A stretch of 64,000 bases of DNA. Origin: Spirochaetia bacterium (GTDB lineage Bacteria; Spirochaetota; Spirochaetia; SP-2023). Shown piece after piece: positions 9,526 to 19,226 of this stretch. The stretch is taken from positions 864,001-928,000 of the forward strand of contig OZ253665.1 in the NCBI GenBank assembly GCA_965263295.1, given 5' to 3'. The notes beneath the pieces are model-generated. The model was not told where the DNA came from. It worked only from the letters and a program-made list of their open reading frames with translations, and did not search any database. A program made the position numbers and the translations under genes. Each line of letters starts with the position of its first letter. Positions within the stretch are counted from its first letter, which is position 1.

Positions 9526-10551
9526 ATGTCAGATATTTTTGAAGAATTGCGCAAGCAGCTGCGCAAAGTCCAAAACAATGGCGGCAATTTGCCCGTGAAT
9601 GGCGGCAAGATTTTACAAGTTATCTTACTGCTGTTACTGCTCATTGTTTTAGGGACGAATGCCGTTTACAGCATAGATCAAAAAGAAGTCGGCGTCATTA
9701 CCCGCCTGGGCAAATTCCACGGCAACAGCCAAGCGGGACTGCACTTTAAACTTCCGTTTATCGACCGTTTGTACCGCGTACCACAGACAACCCAAAGCTT
9801 GGCCTTCGGTTACCGCACCACCAACGCGGGAGTGCAGAGCCAGTTTAGCGCCGCCGACTATAGCTACGAGTCCACCATGTTGACGGGAGATTTAAATATT
9901 ATCCAGCAGTCTTTTGCCATTCAGTACGTGATCACTAACCCCAGAGACTGGCTCTTCAACGTCGATAACAACCCGGTAATGACGAGCAATCGACGCGGCC
10001 TTGTCGACAACCGCATCGAAACCATTCGTGACGTTTGCACCTCGGTGGTAAATCGTTACATCGGCAACAATTTTGCCGAGGACGTGCAGGAAAAAGGCCG
10101 CGAGCTGATCGCTGAACCCGCGCGCCTGGAAATTAATAAGATTTTAAATGAACTCCTCAGACTGGGCGTAACCCTACAAAATCTGAACCTGAACCAGGTC
10201 ATTTACAATGACCTGGTTCAAAAAGCCATTGAAGATGTCAACGCCGCCGGCCAAGACCGCGACCGCTTGATCAATGAGGGGCAGGAAGCTTATAACAAAG
10301 AGATACCTAAAGTGCGGGGGCAAGGCAAGCAAATCGTGTTGCAAGCTGAAGGTGCCGTGGCCAGGTTTAATTCCCTCTACGCGCAGTATCGTGAAAATTC
10401 CGAGATTTTTCGGCAACGTTACTATTACGAAACGATGGAAAAAGTCCTAAAGGACGGCCAAGGGAAATTGACGATTATTGACAAGACCCTGGACAATGTT
10501 CTGCCAATAAAAAACCTGAGTCCAGCCATCGCCGGACCACAGAGACAATAG
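9526..10551 (+). CDS. hflK: FtsH protease modulator HflK (SPFH)
   Basis: N-terminal TM segment, GVITRLGK..GLHFKLPF, MLTGDLNI and YYYETMEKVL. Lies upstream of hflC, with an AAGGAG RBS. Confidence 0.9.
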   Translation: MSDIFEELRKQLRKVQNNGGNLPVNGGKILQVILLLLLLIVLGTNAVYSIDQKEVGVITRLGKFHGNSQAGLHFKLPFIDRLYRVPQTTQSLAFGYRTTNAGVQSQFSAADYSYESTMLTGDLNIIQQSFAIQYVITNPRDWLFNVDNNPVMTSNRRGLVDNRIETIRDVCTSVVNRYIGNNFAEDVQEKGRELIAEPARLEINKILNELLRLGVTLQNLNLNQVIYNDLVQKAIEDVNAAGQDRDRLINEGQEAYNKEIPKVRGQGKQIVLQAEGAVARFNSLYAQYRENSEIFRQRYYYETMEKVLKDGQGKLTIIDKTLDNVLPIKNLSPAIAGPQRQ

Positions 10552-10577
10552 CATAAACGTATGAGCGAGGAAACAAA

Positions 10578-11663
10578 ATGAACGAAACTATGAAAAGAAT
10601 AATTAGTCTGGCGTTGTTGTTATTGGCGTTACTGTTGGTCGCCGGCAATGCATATTTTATTGTTAACGAAGGCGAACAAGCCATAGTCACACGTTTTGGA
10701 CGTGTATTACCCAACAACTATGTTGAAGCCGGTTTGAAGTTCAAACTGCCTTTTTTTGACATCGAGCATAAGTATCCCAAAAAGTTGCTGTCCTGGGACG
10801 GACAAGCCGATTTGTTGCCTACCAGTGACGACAAGCGCGTGCTGCTCGACACCACCGCCCGTTGGCGCATTGCCGACCCCAAGGTCTTTTATGCCAAGCT
10901 GGCCGATACCTCCGACGCATTTAACAAGCTCGATGACATTATTGACAAGCGCGTACGCGCCGTAATTGGTCGCTACCCCATGGTCGAAATTGTACGCGCA
11001 AACAACGAAATGATTAGCATCGCAGAAAAAAAAGAGTGGCAAGATTCGCAACTCACAACAAGTAAAATTTCTGAAAAAGCGACTAACAGCGACGGCGATG
11101 TAGTTCTGCCAGAAGGAGACAGCCCAGAGCTGAATGACGAGATGTCAAGCCAACCTCAAGACCTTACCGGCCACGGCGCTGACCTTAGTCTCGACAGGGC
11201 AACGATACAAGCTGCCGGCTTGATCAAAGTTGAGCGCGGGCGTTTGGCCCTAGAACATGAAATCCTGGAATTCTCACGCCAGGAAATCAACCCCCAAAGC
11301 CTCGGTATAGAACTGGTCGACGTGTTAATCCGCCAAGTACAATACCCGGACAACGTGGCCGCCAAAGTTTACGAACGCATGGCATCGGAGCGCAAGAAAC
11401 GGGCCGCCGAACAGCGCTCGCGCGGTGAAGGGCAAAAAGCCTACTGGCTGGGACGCCTGGGCAAAGAAAAGCAAACCATCATCGCCCAAGCCGAAAGTAA
11501 GGCAGCTGCTATCTATCGCGAAGCCTATGACAAAGATCCAGAGTTTTATCGCTTTTGGCGGGCCATGGACTCTTATGGCGCAACAATTTCGGATACGGAT
11601 AAAATCATAAGTACCGATATGGCCTATTTTGACTATCTTTACAGCCCGCGCGGCCAACGCTAG
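10578..11663 (+). CDS. hflC: FtsH protease modulator HflC (SPFH)
   Basis: EGEQAIVTRFG, GLKFKLPF, ARWRIADP, VYERMASER and DPEFYRFWR motifs. Confidence 0.92.
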   Translation: MNETMKRIISLALLLLALLLVAGNAYFIVNEGEQAIVTRFGRVLPNNYVEAGLKFKLPFFDIEHKYPKKLLSWDGQADLLPTSDDKRVLLDTTARWRIADPKVFYAKLADTSDAFNKLDDIIDKRVRAVIGRYPMVEIVRANNEMISIAEKKEWQDSQLTTSKISEKATNSDGDVVLPEGDSPELNDEMSSQPQDLTGHGADLSLDRATIQAAGLIKVERGRLALEHEILEFSRQEINPQSLGIELVDVLIRQVQYPDNVAAKVYERMASERKKRAAEQRSRGEGQKAYWLGRLGKEKQTIIAQAESKAAAIYREAYDKDPEFYRFWRAMDSYGATISDTDKIISTDMAYFDYLYSPRGQR

Positions 11664-13029
11664 GAATCGCCATGGACATATGGGAATGAGCATGGGCGTG
11701 GCAATCCCAATCTACCTTATTGATCTTATTCGCCTTATTCGGGGAATTTCCATCCCTAGATTTCGACTCTTCGCCCCGTGCCTTGATTCCAGTGGCGCCA
11801 CTGGTGCCAGTGTCAGCTGCCTGCTTGGCGCCCTGTTGCTTTTAGCTTGTAGCCGAGAGCCGCAAGGCAACTCAATACAATTTTTTGCTATGGACACGCC
11901 CTGTACTATTACGCTGCAAGGCTATGTTCCCGACAGCTTACTCCTCAGTGCCGAAAGAGAAGTACAACGTATTGAAGCCGAAATTAGCAGCTATATCGAC
12001 GACAGCGAAATCGGCATTCTGAATCGTGAAGGGCACAATACTTTAAGCCCAGAGAACTTTGCCTTGTTGCAGCAAGCTTTGAGTTATGCCCAACAAAGCA
12101 ACGGAATTTTTGATCCTACAATAGGGGCTCTGAGCCAGCTTTGGGATATTACGGCCTCGCGCGCGCTAAAGACCTACGAAAAGAAAATGCAATCTGACGG
12201 CAAATTAGCCCAATTAGACCGAGGATCCCTTTTAAGCGCCGATCTTTCAGGGGATGAGCGGCAATATCAAGTGGATAATGCCATTGCGCAAAAATTGCGC
12301 GAAGAACGCCACCCCCCAGATGCCGAACGCATTGCCGAGGCCCTCAAGTTAACATCCTGGGAAAATGTAGAGCTGAACGCAGAAACTCGACATGTCCGTT
12401 TTGCCCGCCTCGATATGAAATTAGACCTGGGCGGCATAGCCAAAGGCTATGCCGCAGACCGAATTGCCGCCATTCTAGTTGCGGCCGATGCACCGGCGGG
12501 AGTTATCGACTTAGGCGGCAATATTTTGCTCCACGGCAACAAAAAAAGCGGCGCCCCATGGTCAGTCGGGATTCGCGGCGAAAGAGAGAGCTACCTTCTC
12601 GGCATGTTTCTCGCTCAAGCAAAGGCAGTCGTGACTTCTGGCATTTACCAGCGCTACTATATGCACGAAGGCAAACGTTATCACCATATACTTTCGACCC
12701 GCACCGGCTATCCCATAGACAACGGTATGTTGAGTGTCACTGTCGTAACGGACAGCAGTACCGCAGCCGATGCCTTATCGACCTTGCTATTTATCTATGG
12801 ATTTGACAAAGGTCTGCAAGAAGTAGAGCGGCGCCAGGCCGCAGGCGAGCAACTGGAAGCTCTCTTTGTCACTCAAGGCTATCAAATATACGGCAGTGGC
12901 GGTTTCGCCCGTCTCAGCAAGACTCAATACGAGCAGCTGGAAAACGGCCAGATCTTGAGTCGAGAGCTTTCCAAGGACAAAATCTGGGTCTACCCCATCG
13001 AAGCGAAAGTTCAATTTGTCAACATGTGA
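11629..13029 (+). CDS. apbE: FAD:protein FMN transferase (ApbE/Ftp), lipoprotein
   Basis: LLLLA-C lipobox, FAMDT, GIFDPTIG, LDLGGIAKGYAAD, VTSGIYQRY..RYHHIL...TGYP and ADALST. The true start is probably somewhat downstream of 11629. Confidence 0.92.
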   Translation: MTIFTARAANARNRHGHMGMSMGVAIPIYLIDLIRLIRGISIPRFRLFAPCLDSSGATGASVSCLLGALLLLACSREPQGNSIQFFAMDTPCTITLQGYVPDSLLLSAEREVQRIEAEISSYIDDSEIGILNREGHNTLSPENFALLQQALSYAQQSNGIFDPTIGALSQLWDITASRALKTYEKKMQSDGKLAQLDRGSLLSADLSGDERQYQVDNAIAQKLREERHPPDAERIAEALKLTSWENVELNAETRHVRFARLDMKLDLGGIAKGYAADRIAAILVAADAPAGVIDLGGNILLHGNKKSGAPWSVGIRGERESYLLGMFLAQAKAVVTSGIYQRYYMHEGKRYHHILSTRTGYPIDNGMLSVTVVTDSSTAADALSTLLFIYGFDKGLQEVERRQAAGEQLEALFVTQGYQIYGSGGFARLSKTQYEQLENGQILSRELSKDKIWVYPIEAKVQFVNM

Positions 13030-13169
13030 GCGTGAATTAGCCTCCCCTGAATTAACTCCTTGATTAACCCGCTGAATTCACAAATATGGCAAGCTTACAG
13101 CTCCCTCAAAAGCTGTGACGAGTATATTCATTAAATAAGATTCTTAATTACCTAGTGTTTTAAAAGTCA

Positions 13170-14036
13170 ATGCCAAATGCAGAAAAATTTTTACTAAGCC
13201 CAGGGCAAAAAGCCCCGAACTCCAGTAAGGGAAAGAGCAAACTTGCCCTGCTGGCGTTACTGCAGGAACTTTACCCGCAGTTCAGCAAAGAACATTTATA
13301 TGCTCGCATACTCTGTGGTGAAGTGCGTAACAAAACGGGCCAGACCCTGCGGGATTCAAAGCAGCTTTTTAATATAGACACCGAGCTGCATTTACAAGAA
13401 AAGCCACGTTATGTCTCACGTGGCGGCGAAAAGCTACAAAGAGCTATTGAAGAGTTCGCCCCCCTGGGGTTTTTGCGACACGACAATACTGAAAAGCTGG
13501 TCGTCCTAGATGCAGGAGCTTCCAGTGGCGGCTTTACGGACTGCCTGCTGCAGCACGGCTGCGATATCGTCTATGCAGTCGACAGCGGTAAAAATCAGTT
13601 GGATTTCAAACTCCGCCGCGATGCACGTGTGAATAGCTTTGAAGGTTACAAAATCCAAGACTTTCTGCGTGATTTACCTAATTCCAATCTTCCAAGCCCA
13701 GACTATGTAGTTATGGATATTTCCTTTCGTTCCATCCTAGGCCTGCTACCCCTAGCCCTGCGCGCCTGCCGCCGGCGCGCAGGTGTCTTCCTTTGCAAAC
13801 CGCAGTTTGAGTGGCAGGCATTTTGCCAAGCTCACCCAGAGTATCGGCGACATAAGTTTGATGGCATTATTAAGGACTCTGTATCCTTGCTGGTCTTCAA
13901 TTGGTTCTGCGAACAATTGCGACAAACAAAAGAGCATCCCATAGAACTGCTGGGCTACTGCCCCTCTCCACTGCGCGGAGGACGCCAGCGGACACGCGGC
14001 AACCTTGAATATTTATCTTATTTACAATTAGCCTGA
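13170..14036 (+). CDS. tlyA: TlyA family rRNA methyltransferase/haemolysin
   Basis: YVSRGGEKL, LDAGASSGGFTDCLLQ.G...VYAVD.G.NQL, D.SF.S, KPQFE and GN.EYL motifs. Confidence 0.92.
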   Translation: MPNAEKFLLSPGQKAPNSSKGKSKLALLALLQELYPQFSKEHLYARILCGEVRNKTGQTLRDSKQLFNIDTELHLQEKPRYVSRGGEKLQRAIEEFAPLGFLRHDNTEKLVVLDAGASSGGFTDCLLQHGCDIVYAVDSGKNQLDFKLRRDARVNSFEGYKIQDFLRDLPNSNLPSPDYVVMDISFRSILGLLPLALRACRRRAGVFLCKPQFEWQAFCQAHPEYRRHKFDGIIKDSVSLLVFNWFCEQLRQTKEHPIELLGYCPSPLRGGRQRTRGNLEYLSYLQLA

Positions 14037-14132
14037 AAAGCTCGGTCCCACACGTACAGAAAGCTTGCTATTTCTTAAAATCTCTTTACAATACAGGAGC
14101 CTTTCGTCAAATGGCCAAATACGAATAGGCAT

Positions 14133-14708
14133 TTGAAAATAATGATCTCTCGAAATTTGTCTTCTTTCTGCCACAATTCAAACAGACTTAAAGTTCATGT
14201 TGCTCCGGCAGTCTTTCTTATCCTACTCGTTTTTTCTCTGGCTGCAAGCTCCGATTTATGGCCCAAACTGAGAGCGCAAAAGCCCAAGGCGAGAGCTAAA
14301 ATAGATGTTTACATAGATCCCTCAGATTACTTTTACTATTATTACAGTTTTAGATATCTCAACAAGGCCCTACAGTTTGATGACATAGACAGCCGGGTCC
14401 AGTCCCTGAGTAAACTAGATCGAAAACTCGCCTCTCCAGATCTTACAAAAGACAAGGAGCCTAAAATCTATCTGATTATTCTCTATGAGCGAAGCTTGGA
14501 GAAATACCAAGAAACCTTGGACTTATTAAACTCAAGTCACAATATGGTCTTGTGGATTATCTCCGCTCAAGGTGGTGGTGAATTTCAATTCCCGCCCGAT
14601 TTTCGTCTGGATGCCACTACCTCCGCATCATCACAAAGTGCTTTGATACAAGATTTCCGCGATCAAATCCTACCGCGTATTCTGACCATATACACAAATC
14701 TTTTATAA
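14133..14708 (+). CDS. Hypothetical exported protein
   Basis: 191-aa ORF with a hydrophobic signal-like segment that fills the gap between tlyA and the convergent metE. No family recognised. Confidence 0.6.
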   Translation: MKIMISRNLSSFCHNSNRLKVHVAPAVFLILLVFSLAASSDLWPKLRAQKPKARAKIDVYIDPSDYFYYYYSFRYLNKALQFDDIDSRVQSLSKLDRKLASPDLTKDKEPKIYLIILYERSLEKYQETLDLLNSSHNMVLWIISAQGGGEFQFPPDFRLDATTSASSQSALIQDFRDQILPRILTIYTNLL

Positions 14709-14733
14709 AATAATTTATAGAATAATAATTACG

Positions 14734-14778
14734 CAAAGAAAGAGGTGGTAATTTCTTACCTGTCAGCCCCTTTCTTTG
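14734..14778. terminator. Hairpin between convergent genes
   Basis: CAAAGAAAG(A)GG...CC(C)CTTTCTTTG inverted arms with an inner GGTAA/TTACC stem. Confidence 0.45.
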
Positions 14779-14813
14779 ATTATTCTTAGATTTTAGACGA
14801 TTCCTGAGAAATT

Positions 14814-17105
14814 TTATGCCAACTCTTTGCGCAGGACCTTGGCAGCTTCAACCATCAGACGCAAAGCTCCCTCAGTTTCGGGCCAATCGCGAGTTTTAAG
14901 CCCGCAATCTGGGTTGACCCAAATCTGCCAATTCTCCAGATACTTACTGGCTTTGCGGACTACTTCAAGCATTTCATCTAAATGTGGTATGCGCGGTGAG
15001 TGGATGTCATAAACCCCCAGACCGATCCCACTTGGGTATTTGGTCTCATTCATTACCTGCAAAATGTCGAGCTGAGAGCGTGAAGCTTCAATGCTAATGA
15101 CATCCGTATCCATAGCCGCAATAGCATCCATAATTTCATTAAACTCAGAATAACACATATGGGTGTGAATTTGGGTATCATCTCGCACCCCGGCAGAGCT
15201 AATACGGAAACTTTGTACGGCCCATTTTAAATAAGCTTCCTGATCTTCTCTGCGCAACGGCAGTGCCTCACGGAAAGCTGGCTCGTCAATTTGAATGACT
15301 GGCAGCCCGGCTTTTTCTAGGTCTAGCACCTCATCGCGCAAGGCAAAGGCGATTTGCAAGCACGTCTGTGACAAGGGCTGATCGTCGCGAACGAAAGACC
15401 ATTTTAAAATCGTAACCGGGCCGGTCAACATGGCCTTCATCGGGCGCTTCGTCTGCTTCTGGGCAAAATTCATCCAATCTACAGTCATCGGTTTCGGGCG
15501 ACAAACATCCCCATAGATGATCGGTGGACGCACACAACGCGAACCATAGGACTGCACCCAAGCATTTTTAGTGAATGCCACACCCGTCAACTGTTCACCA
15601 AAATATTCGACCATGTCCGTACGTTCAAACTCGCCGTGGACCATTACGTCTAAGCCTAAATCTTCCTGCATCTGAATGCATTTCCCAGTCTCTTCCTCCA
15701 GATATTTTTGGTACTGCTCAGCCGTAATCTCACCCTTGCGAAAGGCATTACGCTTCTGGCGTAACTTGGAAGTCTGTGGGAAAGAGCCAATAGTCGTAGT
15801 TGGAAACAGCGGCAAATTCAGCTTGGCCAGTTGTATTTGGCGGCGCTCAGCAAAAGAGCTGTGGCGTTCGGTATCTTCACGGCTAATGCCAGCTACGCGT
15901 TGCTGCACCGACAAATCATTGATCGCACTGGAATTTTTGCGCACGGCAAGTGCGGCATCGTTAGCCTCTAGAACTCCGGCAATGGCTCCTTCCCCCTGTG
16001 CCAGACCCTTGGCCAAGGTTGCCACTTCGTCCAGTTTTTGCCGCGCAAAAGACAGCTGTTGGTAGACATCCGCGCTCAGGTGCCCCTTTTCGTAAATCAG
16101 GTCCACTGGGCTGTGCAGCAATGAACAGGAAGAGCTGACAATCAGGCGATCTTTGCCGATTTTGTCGGCAATCTGCTGCAGCAGGGCCAGAGACTGGCGC
16201 AGATTGTTGCGCCAGATGTTACTCCCATTGACAACGCCAGCCGAAAGCCTGACACCTGGACCCAACTTATTCAGAACAGTTTCCACTTCCACCTGATTGC
16301 TGTTGACCAAATCGATGTGCAAGGTTTGAATTGGCTGATCTAGAATTAGTTCAGCATTATCCTGCTGCGGGGCAAAATAGCTAGTTACAAATAACCTGGC
16401 CTTTGCGGCCAGACGACTATATGCTTTTTTATAAGCTTCTTTTGCTGCCCCATCCAGGTCCAGAGCCAGAAATGGCTCTTCAATTTGAATTTGCTCGTAC
16501 TCATCCAGCTCGGCAAAGAGCTGTTCATAAATAGGCAACAAAAAATCCAGCCGCTTCAGAGGCTCCTTTGAGCCCTTACTGAGCAGGAGAAAACTCACGG
16601 GTCCCAATACCACCGGGCGGATTTTGGCCTTGCCCTTCAAAACTCCTTTGGCTTCAGAAAGCAAATCCTGCAGGCGTGTGCTGTCCAACTCAAAATTCTG
16701 CTCAGTCGTTATTTCGGGAACAATATTGTGGTAATTGGTGCCAAACCATTTAGTCATTTCCATGGCTCTAACGTCAACACTGCCTTTTTGACGTCCGCGA
16801 GCCATGGCAAAAAAAATATCTAATGGCTCATTCAGCTGATCTTGCAAGGCCCGATAGCGTTCAGGTATGGCGCCAAGCATGACAATAGTATCCAGCACAT
16901 GGTCGTAAAAACTGAAGTCACCAACTGGAATCTGCTGAATACCGGCATCCAACATTGACTGGTAGTTATCTTTGCGCACTTCTGCAGCTGTAGCTCGCAG
17001 GGCTTGAACGTCAATCTTACCCTTCCAGTAAGCCTCCAGGCAACGTTTAAGCTCGCGCTTCGCCCCGATTCGGGGGTAACCTAAGACAGTGGTCTCTGGG
17101 GACAT
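14814..17105 (-). CDS. metE: Cobalamin-independent methionine synthase
   Basis: LGYPRIG..RELK, EMTKWF.TNYH, LVHGEFER-like motif, WVQSYGSRCV, HTHMCYSEF and WVNPDCGLKTR. ATG 17105 follows AGAGG. Confidence 0.96.
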   Translation of the reverse strand: MSPETTVLGYPRIGAKRELKRCLEAYWKGKIDVQALRATAAEVRKDNYQSMLDAGIQQIPVGDFSFYDHVLDTIVMLGAIPERYRALQDQLNEPLDIFFAMARGRQKGSVDVRAMEMTKWFGTNYHNIVPEITTEQNFELDSTRLQDLLSEAKGVLKGKAKIRPVVLGPVSFLLLSKGSKEPLKRLDFLLPIYEQLFAELDEYEQIQIEEPFLALDLDGAAKEAYKKAYSRLAAKARLFVTSYFAPQQDNAELILDQPIQTLHIDLVNSNQVEVETVLNKLGPGVRLSAGVVNGSNIWRNNLRQSLALLQQIADKIGKDRLIVSSSCSLLHSPVDLIYEKGHLSADVYQQLSFARQKLDEVATLAKGLAQGEGAIAGVLEANDAALAVRKNSSAINDLSVQQRVAGISREDTERHSSFAERRQIQLAKLNLPLFPTTTIGSFPQTSKLRQKRNAFRKGEITAEQYQKYLEEETGKCIQMQEDLGLDVMVHGEFERTDMVEYFGEQLTGVAFTKNAWVQSYGSRCVRPPIIYGDVCRPKPMTVDWMNFAQKQTKRPMKAMLTGPVTILKWSFVRDDQPLSQTCLQIAFALRDEVLDLEKAGLPVIQIDEPAFREALPLRREDQEAYLKWAVQSFRISSAGVRDDTQIHTHMCYSEFNEIMDAIAAMDTDVISIEASRSQLDILQVMNETKYPSGIGLGVYDIHSPRIPHLDEMLEVVRKASKYLENWQIWVNPDCGLKTRDWPETEGALRLMVEAAKVLRKELA

Positions 17106-17428
17106 CTTCAACCTCTTTGGCGGCAATTACTCGCCTGTGGAATATACCCTCCCAAAAGAAGACCGGAGGGATTCAAGGAAATAAAAAATATTGGGAAATT
17201 GCAAGAAGTTTAATCTAAGCAGAAAAAGACTTGAAAACAACCTTGCCGTACGAATCGGCACCGCAATGAGCTCTCCAATCAAACGTCAGCTAAAAAATTT
17301 GCGCGCAGCGCAGGAATTGGCACAACCTTTAATAATAGACTTTTTCCAGACTCTTCATAGCTCCTCAATAATTTAAGGCAGAATTATTACGTTTTAAACT
17401 ATTTGAGGCAAGGTATTGTTTGAGTTAC

Positions 17429-18736
17429 TCAAGAATATTCTGGCAGACGTTCGATTTTTGCGCCAATAGCGGCAAGCCTTTGAGCAATGTTTTCATAACC
17501 GCGTTCAATTTGGTAAATATTGTGGATTACGCTGGTCCCGCGCGCGCACAGAGCCGCGATTAACATGGCCATACCGGCACGCACGTCTGGTGAAAGCAAT
17601 TTCTGACCACTCAGATTTGTTGGCCCGCTAACAACAGCCCGATGAGGGTCACACAAAATAATACGCGCGCCCATGCCGATTAGTTTATCCACAAAAAAAA
17701 GTCGCGATTCAAACATTTTTTCATGGATTAAAATCGTTCCCTCCAACTGCGTGGCAACGACCGTCATAATACTCGTCAAGTCTGCGGGGAAACCGGGCCA
17801 AGGGGCATCGTCAATTTTGGGAATTGAACCATCGGCATCGTAGTGAACCTTCATAGCTTGTTGAGCCGGAATAATTAAACGCTCCCGATCGCCTTTGACA
17901 TCGCCTTTGACGGGCAACCAGTGGATCCCCATCTTCCTAAACGCAATGGCCACCATCTTTAAATCGGCATGCTGCACGCCGACCAACTCCAGTTCACTCC
18001 CCGTCACAGCCGCTAATCCAATAAACGAGCCAACTTCCATAAAATCCGGGCTAATCTTGAATTCCGTACCATGCAATTTTTTCTTCCCTTTAATGCGCAG
18101 TATGTTGGAACCAATACCCGAAATTTCACCACCCATGGCATTGATCATGCGACACAAGTCTTGTACATGGGGTTCGGACGCCGCATTTTCAATCACCGTA
18201 TCCCCCTCAGCCAAGGCGGCAGCCATGATTGCATTTTCTGTCGCTGTAACCGAAGCCTCGTCGAGGAACAATTCAGAGCCAAGCAATTTATTCGCTTGAA
18301 AGTCGAGGAAACCATTGACCGAACCTGAAGCTCCCAAAGCCTTCATGGCCAGGAAGTGGGTGTCCAATCTGCGCTTGCCAATCACGTCACCACCCGGCAG
18401 GGGCAATTTGACAGAACCTAGACGAGCCAACAGCGGCCCAATAAATAAGACCGAAGCGCGGACCTTGCCGGCATCGCTGTCCAATAACATTTCTGGCTGA
18501 ATATTTTGAGTTTGTATACGGTAACTGTTTGCATTCAGACGCTCAACTTTAGAGCCCATTTTCTGCATAATACCTAACATCACCTCGACATCGCGCAGCG
18601 CGGGCAAATTGCTTAAGACAATGGGTTCATCACTGAGCAGAGTCGCGGCCAGGCATGGCAAGGCGGCATTTTTGTTGCCTTGAATGCAAACGCTCCCGTT
18701 TAATTGGTAGCCACCATCAATTTTATACTTGTACAT
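17429..18736 (-). CDS. murA: UDP-N-acetylglucosamine 1-carboxyvinyltransferase (Asp at the catalytic Cys position)
   Basis: GNKNAALP, VRASVL..GPLL, LPGGDVIGKR, ASVTATEN, PWPGFPAD and ERGYE motifs. Confidence 0.96.
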   Translation of the reverse strand: MYKYKIDGGYQLNGSVCIQGNKNAALPCLAATLLSDEPIVLSNLPALRDVEVMLGIMQKMGSKVERLNANSYRIQTQNIQPEMLLDSDAGKVRASVLFIGPLLARLGSVKLPLPGGDVIGKRRLDTHFLAMKALGASGSVNGFLDFQANKLLGSELFLDEASVTATENAIMAAALAEGDTVIENAASEPHVQDLCRMINAMGGEISGIGSNILRIKGKKKLHGTEFKISPDFMEVGSFIGLAAVTGSELELVGVQHADLKMVAIAFRKMGIHWLPVKGDVKGDRERLIIPAQQAMKVHYDADGSIPKIDDAPWPGFPADLTSIMTVVATQLEGTILIHEKMFESRLFFVDKLIGMGARIILCDPHRAVVSGPTNLSGQKLLSPDVRAGMAMLIAALCARGTSVIHNIYQIERGYENIAQRLAAIGAKIERLPEYS

Positions 18737-18812
18737 TCAAAGCCCCCCAAAAAAAAGACACTGCTAATATACAAGACGCAAACTTATTAAATTTTACGCC
18801 TTGTATATTAGA

Positions 18813-18950
18813 GTGTGAATGGTCCCGAGACGGCCAAGGCGAAACGGGCAACCACTGCAAACTTTGCCGCAGTCACCGCCCCAACTTTTTCGTCTCCAAC
18901 GTGAAACACGGTTCCCCTCCCGCAGATTCAAATTTGGGATGTTCATTTGA
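18813..18950. ncRNA. Candidate structured non-coding RNA (family and strand unresolved)
   Basis: GC-rich stretch in an AT-rich intergenic region. The ends can pair (TGAATGGTCCCGAG / TTTGGGATGTTCA), with inner pairings GGGCAACC/GGTTCCC and hairpins ACTGC..GCAGT and CGTG-AAA-CACG. Confidence 0.35.
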
Positions 18951-19226
18951 TATGCTTATTAAGCTGAAATCAGAAAAGACTGTTAAGCAAAATCAAAACG
19001 GAAAAAATTTCTGTGAAGATTTCTTCCCCAAAGCCATTTTACTTTTCTTCCACTCTGGTAAAAATACCACCTTGAGAGTTGACAATGCTTGTGGATGCGC
19101 TTTAAGTCTGGCGTTTAATAAACCTGCCATCGCCAAGATTTTTGCTTCGATGGGCGAGCATAATTTTAAGTTATTCACCGATATCCGCCATATTTTTCAT
19201 GGCAGTCAGCTTTTAAAATATCATTT

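Noticed and set aside
17106..17428. Possible SAM or cobalamin riboswitch upstream of metE
   Set aside because: Only a simple CCCTCC/GGAGGG hairpin (about 17147-17170) is visible, with no recognisable S-box or B12-box consensus.
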